Assembly (NCBI GenBank): GCA_037381445.1
Contig: JARRQT010000030.1
Span: forward strand, 12,003 to 43,918
Origin: Calditrichia bacterium
Lineage (GTDB): Bacteria > Calditrichota > Calditrichia > RBG-13-44-9
Length of the DNA stretch: 31,916 nucleotides
Reading direction: 5' to 3'
The translations under genes and the position numbers were made by a program. Of this stretch, positions 27,297-31,916 are shown one piece after another. The stretch's first letter is position 1; each line of letters starts with the position of its first letter. Below the pieces are notes generated by a model. The model did no database searches, was not told the DNA's origin, and saw only the letters and a program-made list of their open reading frames with translations.

Positions 27297-29782
27297 AAGC
27301 GGTAATCATGGCGGGCGGTTTTGGTACACGCCTGCGGCCTCTCACCTACAACATACCGAAACCAATGGCGCCAGTATTCAATAAGCCAATGATGGAACAT
27401 ATCATTCTTCTATTAAAGAAATACGGCATCCGCGATGTGAACGCACTCCTCTATTTCCAGCCCCACATCATCACTGATTATTTTAAAGATGGAAAAAAAT
27501 GGGGAATCAATCTCCGTTATGTGCAGGCCGAATCCGATTTCGGCACCGCCGGCAGCGTTAAAAATGCGGAGGAGTTTCTGAACGAACGGTTCATCATCAT
27601 CAGCGGCGATGTGCTTACCGATTTCGATTTAAACAAAATTATCGAATTCCATGAAAAGAAAGGTGCGGAAGCTACTATCGGATTAATCCATCATCCCAAT
27701 CCTCTCCAGTTTGGCGTGGTGATCACCGACCACGCGGGCAAAATCACGCGTTTTCTGGAGAAACCTTCCTGGGGGCAGGTGTTCAGTGATACTATCAACA
27801 CCGGCATCTACATCCTGGAACCGGAAGTCCTCCAGCGTATTCCTCCCGGCGAAGAGTTCGACTTCAGCAAAGACCTGTTTCCCGCCATGCTGCGGGCCGG
27901 CGCTCCTTTATACGGATATGTGGCAAAGGGGTACTGGAAAGATATCGGCAATTTGAACGAATATCAATTGGCTAACAGTGACGCCCTGAAACAAAAAGTC
28001 AAACTGAATATGGAAGAATACGACCGGCAGGATGGAATATGGATTCATAAGACCGCGCAGATCGATCCCACGGCAAAAATTCATGCCCCCTCGGTGATCG
28101 GCCCGCACTGCAGGATAAAAGAAGAAGTCAACATCAAAAACAGCGTAATCGGCGCCCACTGCAAAATAGAGAATCATTCGCGGATACAGGATTCTGTCCT
28201 GTGGGATTACACCAAGGTTGACGAGCAGGCCAATCTCACCAAAGATGTAGTGGGATATCGCAGCCATGTGGGAAAATCGGTTTACATCTCCGAGAATTGC
28301 TTTATCAGCGATGAGGTTGAAATCGGAGCCCAGGCTACCGTTAAAGCCAATATCAAAATCTGGCCGCAGAAAGAAGTGGAAGAAGGGGCCACAGTCACTT
28401 CCAGCATCATTCTGGGGGATCGCTGGCTGCGTGAGCTGTTTACCGAGTCGAAGGTCAGCGGGTTGGTCAATAGTGAAATAACGCCTGAATTCGCCTCCAA
28501 GTTGGGCGCGGCGCTGGGCGCCATGGCCGGGATGGGGAAGACAGTACTCGTCGCGCGGGACAGCAGTACCGCCTGCCGCATGGTAAACCGCGGCATTATC
28601 AACGGGCTCATGTCAACGGGCATCAGCGTTTTTGACCTGCGCAATGTGCCCATTCCCATTATGCGGCATCAGCTGCGTTCATTTCCGGCAGCCGCCGGTG
28701 TGATTTCCCGGCTTTCGCCGCGTCACCCGGAATACGTGGAAATCGTTTTTCTGGACCGGGACGGCAACGATCTTCCCGTGAATAAAAGGAAAGCAATTGA
28801 ACGGCTCTTCTTCGGAGAGGATTTTTTCCGGGCCCCCAGCGACCGAATCGGACAGATCGATTTTCCGATACGCGTCACAGAGCAGTATCAATTTAATTTT
28901 CTGAATTCCCTGAATGCGGAAGCGATTCGGAAACAAAAATTCAAGGTGGTAATCGATTTCTCATTCGGCGGCGCATCCACCATCCTCCCTGCCATTCTCG
29001 GACGGCTGGGAGTGAATGTCGTCGCGCTGAACGCATTCCTCGAAGGGCACCGGCTGGAAAATGAACCCAACACCCTTAAAAAATCCATTGAGGAATTGCA
29101 GAAAATTGTGCCCATTCTGGAAGCGGACCTGGGCTTTATTCTCAATGCCAGCGCTGAAAAAATCCGGGTCGTGGACGACAAGGGGAAATCCATCGATCAG
29201 CAGAGGCTGGCGCTGCTGGTTTCACAGATGGTTATTGAAACCTATAAATACCAGCAGATCGCCTTCACTGTGGATATCAATAATTATATGGAAGAGATCT
29301 GCAGGAGGCACAATTGCGAATTGATTTATACCACCAGCGACCATCAGGGCCTGATGAATGCGGTTCTTAAGGAAAAAGTGCCTTTTGCGGCCGGTACCCG
29401 GGGCGGCTTCATTTTCAGTGATTTCAATTTTACCAGCGATGGTATGTATAATATCGCCCGGATTTTGGAGATGATCGCCATCTCGGGAAAATCGCTGGAG
29501 GAGGAGCTGGAAACCATTCCTGCGCTCCACATGAAAACAGTGGCAGTGCCCTGCCCTTGGGAAAAGAAGGGCCAGGTGATGCGCAACATCATGAAACACA
29601 CCGAAGGCAAAAAGCGCTTTCTCATCGATGGTGTTCGTATGGCAGAAAAAAATGGCTCTGTCCTTTTTATCCCGGATAAGGAAAAAGCCTCTTTTTATAT
29701 ACAGGTGGATGCGTACAGTGATCGCGATGCGGAAGAGTTGCTAAATAAATACGCGGCATTAATGGAAACATGGAAGAATTAG
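27293..29782 (+). CDS. mannose-1-phosphate guanylyltransferase / phosphomannomutase-like fusion (NTP transferase + left-handed beta-helix + PGM/PMM domains)
   Basis: MAGGFGTRLRPLT..PKPM, GTAGSV, ISGDV, FLEKP, YWKDIG, hexapeptide repeats, C-terminal PMM-like region; 829 aa. Confidence 0.9.
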   Translation: MKAVIMAGGFGTRLRPLTYNIPKPMAPVFNKPMMEHIILLLKKYGIRDVNALLYFQPHIITDYFKDGKKWGINLRYVQAESDFGTAGSVKNAEEFLNERFIIISGDVLTDFDLNKIIEFHEKKGAEATIGLIHHPNPLQFGVVITDHAGKITRFLEKPSWGQVFSDTINTGIYILEPEVLQRIPPGEEFDFSKDLFPAMLRAGAPLYGYVAKGYWKDIGNLNEYQLANSDALKQKVKLNMEEYDRQDGIWIHKTAQIDPTAKIHAPSVIGPHCRIKEEVNIKNSVIGAHCKIENHSRIQDSVLWDYTKVDEQANLTKDVVGYRSHVGKSVYISENCFISDEVEIGAQATVKANIKIWPQKEVEEGATVTSSIILGDRWLRELFTESKVSGLVNSEITPEFASKLGAALGAMAGMGKTVLVARDSSTACRMVNRGIINGLMSTGISVFDLRNVPIPIMRHQLRSFPAAAGVISRLSPRHPEYVEIVFLDRDGNDLPVNKRKAIERLFFGEDFFRAPSDRIGQIDFPIRVTEQYQFNFLNSLNAEAIRKQKFKVVIDFSFGGASTILPAILGRLGVNVVALNAFLEGHRLENEPNTLKKSIEELQKIVPILEADLGFILNASAEKIRVVDDKGKSIDQQRLALLVSQMVIETYKYQQIAFTVDINNYMEEICRRHNCELIYTTSDHQGLMNAVLKEKVPFAAGTRGGFIFSDFNFTSDGMYNIARILEMIAISGKSLEEELETIPALHMKTVAVPCPWEKKGQVMRNIMKHTEGKKRFLIDGVRMAEKNGSVLFIPDKEKASFYIQVDAYSDRDAEELLNKYAALMETWKN

Positions 29783-29785
29783 CGG

Positions 29786-30427
29786 ATGATGCAGAAAAAA
29801 GTGCAAATTGTTATTGGAACAGCCAATGAACATAAATTCAGGGAGATTGCTGAAATTTTAAGAGATGTCCCTGCGGAATTGTTATCTTTAAAATCCTTCC
29901 CCGAAATCCCGCCCATTGAGGAGAACGGCCAGACTTTTCGGGAAAATGCGTTTCTTAAAGCCCATGCCGTTTTTCAGCATACCGGCCTGCTGATCCTCGC
30001 CGATGACTCTGGTCTGGAAGTGGATGCGCTGGACGGGGCTCCCGGAATTTATTCCGCCCGTTTTGCCGGAGCGGAGCATGATTACGCAGCCAATAACCGC
30101 AAACTGCTGGCGGCGCTGCAGAACTATCCGGACGAAATGCGGGGCGCGCAGTTCAGGTGCGTGGTGGCCATTGTTTTCCCGGACGGGGCTCAAAAAACGG
30201 CGGAGGGAATCGTTCGTGGAAAAATCATACATGAATTGCGAGGAAATAAAGGATTCGGGTATGATCCGCTGTTCGTTCCCGACGGCTACACTCGCACCTT
30301 TGCCGAAATGGGTGACGAGATAAAAAACCGCATCAGCCATCGCGCCATTGCTTTTCAAAAAGCCAAAGAAATTCTAATTGAGAATCAGAACTGGCCGCCG
30401 GAAGGCAAATTCAGGGCAAATCCATGA
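29786..30427 (+). CDS. rdgB: non-canonical purine NTP (dITP/XTP) pyrophosphatase
   Basis: TANEHK, ENAFLKA, ADDSGLEV, PGIYSAR, GFGYDPLF, KNRISHR. Confidence 0.97.
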   Translation: MMQKKVQIVIGTANEHKFREIAEILRDVPAELLSLKSFPEIPPIEENGQTFRENAFLKAHAVFQHTGLLILADDSGLEVDALDGAPGIYSARFAGAEHDYAANNRKLLAALQNYPDEMRGAQFRCVVAIVFPDGAQKTAEGIVRGKIIHELRGNKGFGYDPLFVPDGYTRTFAEMGDEIKNRISHRAIAFQKAKEILIENQNWPPEGKFRANP

Positions 30428-30532
30428 GCACTAAATTCGTTACCGTCGCGGATCGCAGGACGGAAGACAGGGCAACTTGATTTGCTGATCAGCAATGCCG
30501 GGACCTGCCCTGGCAGAAAAGCGCAGATTTAA
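30428..30532 (+). pseudogene. possible SDR oxidoreductase remnant
   Basis: Start-less frame reads GRKTGQLDLLISNAG, resembling the SDR G.lD.LvNNAG motif. Confidence 0.3.
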
Positions 30533-30744
30533 ACCATGAGTTTAACATTTCAGGACATCACGTTGATGATCTTTTTTGAATATCTGAATCCGGTTGTGGA
30601 GGCCCTGCCGGCCGCCAGTTTGCCGTGGGCGTGGGGACTTACCGGGACAATATGCCGGTTCTGCAATTATGATGATTCTTGATGTTGCTTCCGGCTGAAA
30701 AATTTTATTTTATTCAATACGATAATAATATCGGGGCCAAAGGA

Positions 30745-31916
30745 ATGAAAAGATATTTTGAACACCCCAAAAAGAGCTGCAAAGGTTGCACGCCGGAAAC
30801 CGCGGCAATTTCGGAATGTGCCGGCAGATTCTCGTTTCTTCTCATCCTGCTTACCCTGGCACTGTCTTTTCTTCTGCTGGGAATCCCACCTGTATCCGCC
30901 GCCAAAAGTTACAGCATCGGTGATATTTCTGTCCGGGCAAATATTCTTGAGGACGGCAGCCTCCGCGTCGAGGAATCGCGGACCTACCATTTTCAGGGAA
31001 GCTTCTCGTGGGCCGATTACCGCCTCCCGCTCAACCGTATCGGTAACGTGCAAAATTTCAGCATTACCGAAAATGGTAAAGAATACAGGCGGAGTTCTGG
31101 CGAAGAGCCCGGCACTTTTTATACCCGGGAAGATGGGAATGAATTCTACGCCCGCTGGTATTACCGGGCGCGAAATGAATCCCGGACCTTTACCTTGCGC
31201 TACCTGGTGGCCGATGCCGTAACGGCGTATGACGATATCGCCGAATTCTATTACCAGTTTATCGGGGTGGACAACGCCAAGCGAATCGGCAATGTGGACA
31301 TTTCCATCAGTCTGCCCCGGCCCGCCACACCTGATGAGGTGAAAATATGGGCCCACGGCCCGCTCTGGGGAAAAATCGATTTTTCCGGCAATTATATAAG
31401 AATGTCCGTCAGTCCGCTTCCTGCCCAACAGTTCTGGGAAGCCCGGGTGGTTTTCCCCAATGAATGGGCCCCCGATGTGCGGAAGAGACTTGCAGGGGCC
31501 CAACTGAATTCAATCATGGCCCAGGAGGCGGCATGGGCGCGCCGGGCAAATGAACAAAGAGAGGCAGCCATCGAAGAACTGCATCGCAGGAAGGTTAATG
31601 AAGAGAAAGCCTGGCCGGTTTCCCTGATTCTGTCGATCTTCGGCTTCATTTCGCTCATGGTGCTTTACCGGAAATACGGCCGGAGCTTCCCGGTTCCCTA
31701 CAACCAGAAATTTGATTCCGCTTTGCCGGAAGAGAAAATCCCTGCGGTGGTCAGTGCCCTTTATTATAATAAGCAGGTCAACGGCAATGCGCTGGCTTCC
31801 ACCCTGTTTGATCTGGCCCGCCGGGGATTTTTGTCAATCGAACAGCGTATGCCGGCGGAAAAGAAATGGTGGCGTTCGGATGCGCCTCATTTCATAATGA
31901 AGATCAATCAAAAAAA
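30745..31916 (+). CDS. DUF2207-family membrane protein, 3' end runs off the window
   Basis: Not in the ORF track. ATG 30745, hydrophobic signal, then KSYSI...ILEDGSLRVEESRTYHFQG, YDDIAEFYYQFIG, KIWAHGPL, EARVVFP, a TM helix, STLFDLARRG; open to the window end. Confidence 0.85.
   Translation, partial: MKRYFEHPKKSCKGCTPETAAISECAGRFSFLLILLTLALSFLLLGIPPVSAAKSYSIGDISVRANILEDGSLRVEESRTYHFQGSFSWADYRLPLNRIGNVQNFSITENGKEYRRSSGEEPGTFYTREDGNEFYARWYYRARNESRTFTLRYLVADAVTAYDDIAEFYYQFIGVDNAKRIGNVDISISLPRPATPDEVKIWAHGPLWGKIDFSGNYIRMSVSPLPAQQFWEARVVFPNEWAPDVRKRLAGAQLNSIMAQEAAWARRANEQREAAIEELHRRKVNEEKAWPVSLILSIFGFISLMVLYRKYGRSFPVPYNQKFDSALPEEKIPAVVSALYYNKQVNGNALASTLFDLARRGFLSIEQRMPAEKKWWRSDAPHFIMKINQK

Noticed and set aside
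30536..30682. GlyQ-like N-terminus (TFQDI) in a 48-aa ORF
   Set aside because: Similarity is limited to about 5 residues and the window already encodes an alpha2-type GlyRS

Overview
This is a mostly housekeeping window of a bacterial chromosome at roughly 50% GC. The gene content (PorX-like REC-PglZ regulator, FlgD-Ig/T9SS-type C-terminal domain protein, homodimeric GlyRS) points to an FCB-related lineage such as Calditrichota; this is inference, not a database result. Left arm, minus strand: a partial MATE/ANKH-like transporter, tRNA-Leu, glmS, guaA, surE, accD, rimI, tsaB, tsaE, a porX-like gene, a C-N hydrolase, an orphan trpF, a DUF2809-like gene, fadJ and fadI. Right arm, mainly plus strand: an acyl-CoA dehydrogenase broken by an apparent internal deletion, rsmA, mgtE, recO, glyQS, a rhodanese, an outer-membrane protein, an SDR, a minus-strand Pro-Arg-His-Glu tRNA cluster, a small secreted CX4CH protein with a candidate sigma54 promoter, a CYTH protein, an NTP-transferase/PMM fusion, rdgB and a partial DUF2207 gene. 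I saw no mobile element, CRISPR array or clear defence island, and no unambiguous new system. The best leads are the broken acyl-CoA dehydrogenase, the porX-tsaE-tsaB linkage, the CX4CH secreted protein with its promoter, the degenerate-PMM fusion operon, a recurring TTGnnn-N17-TAWWTT promoter and two small gene remnants or sORFs.
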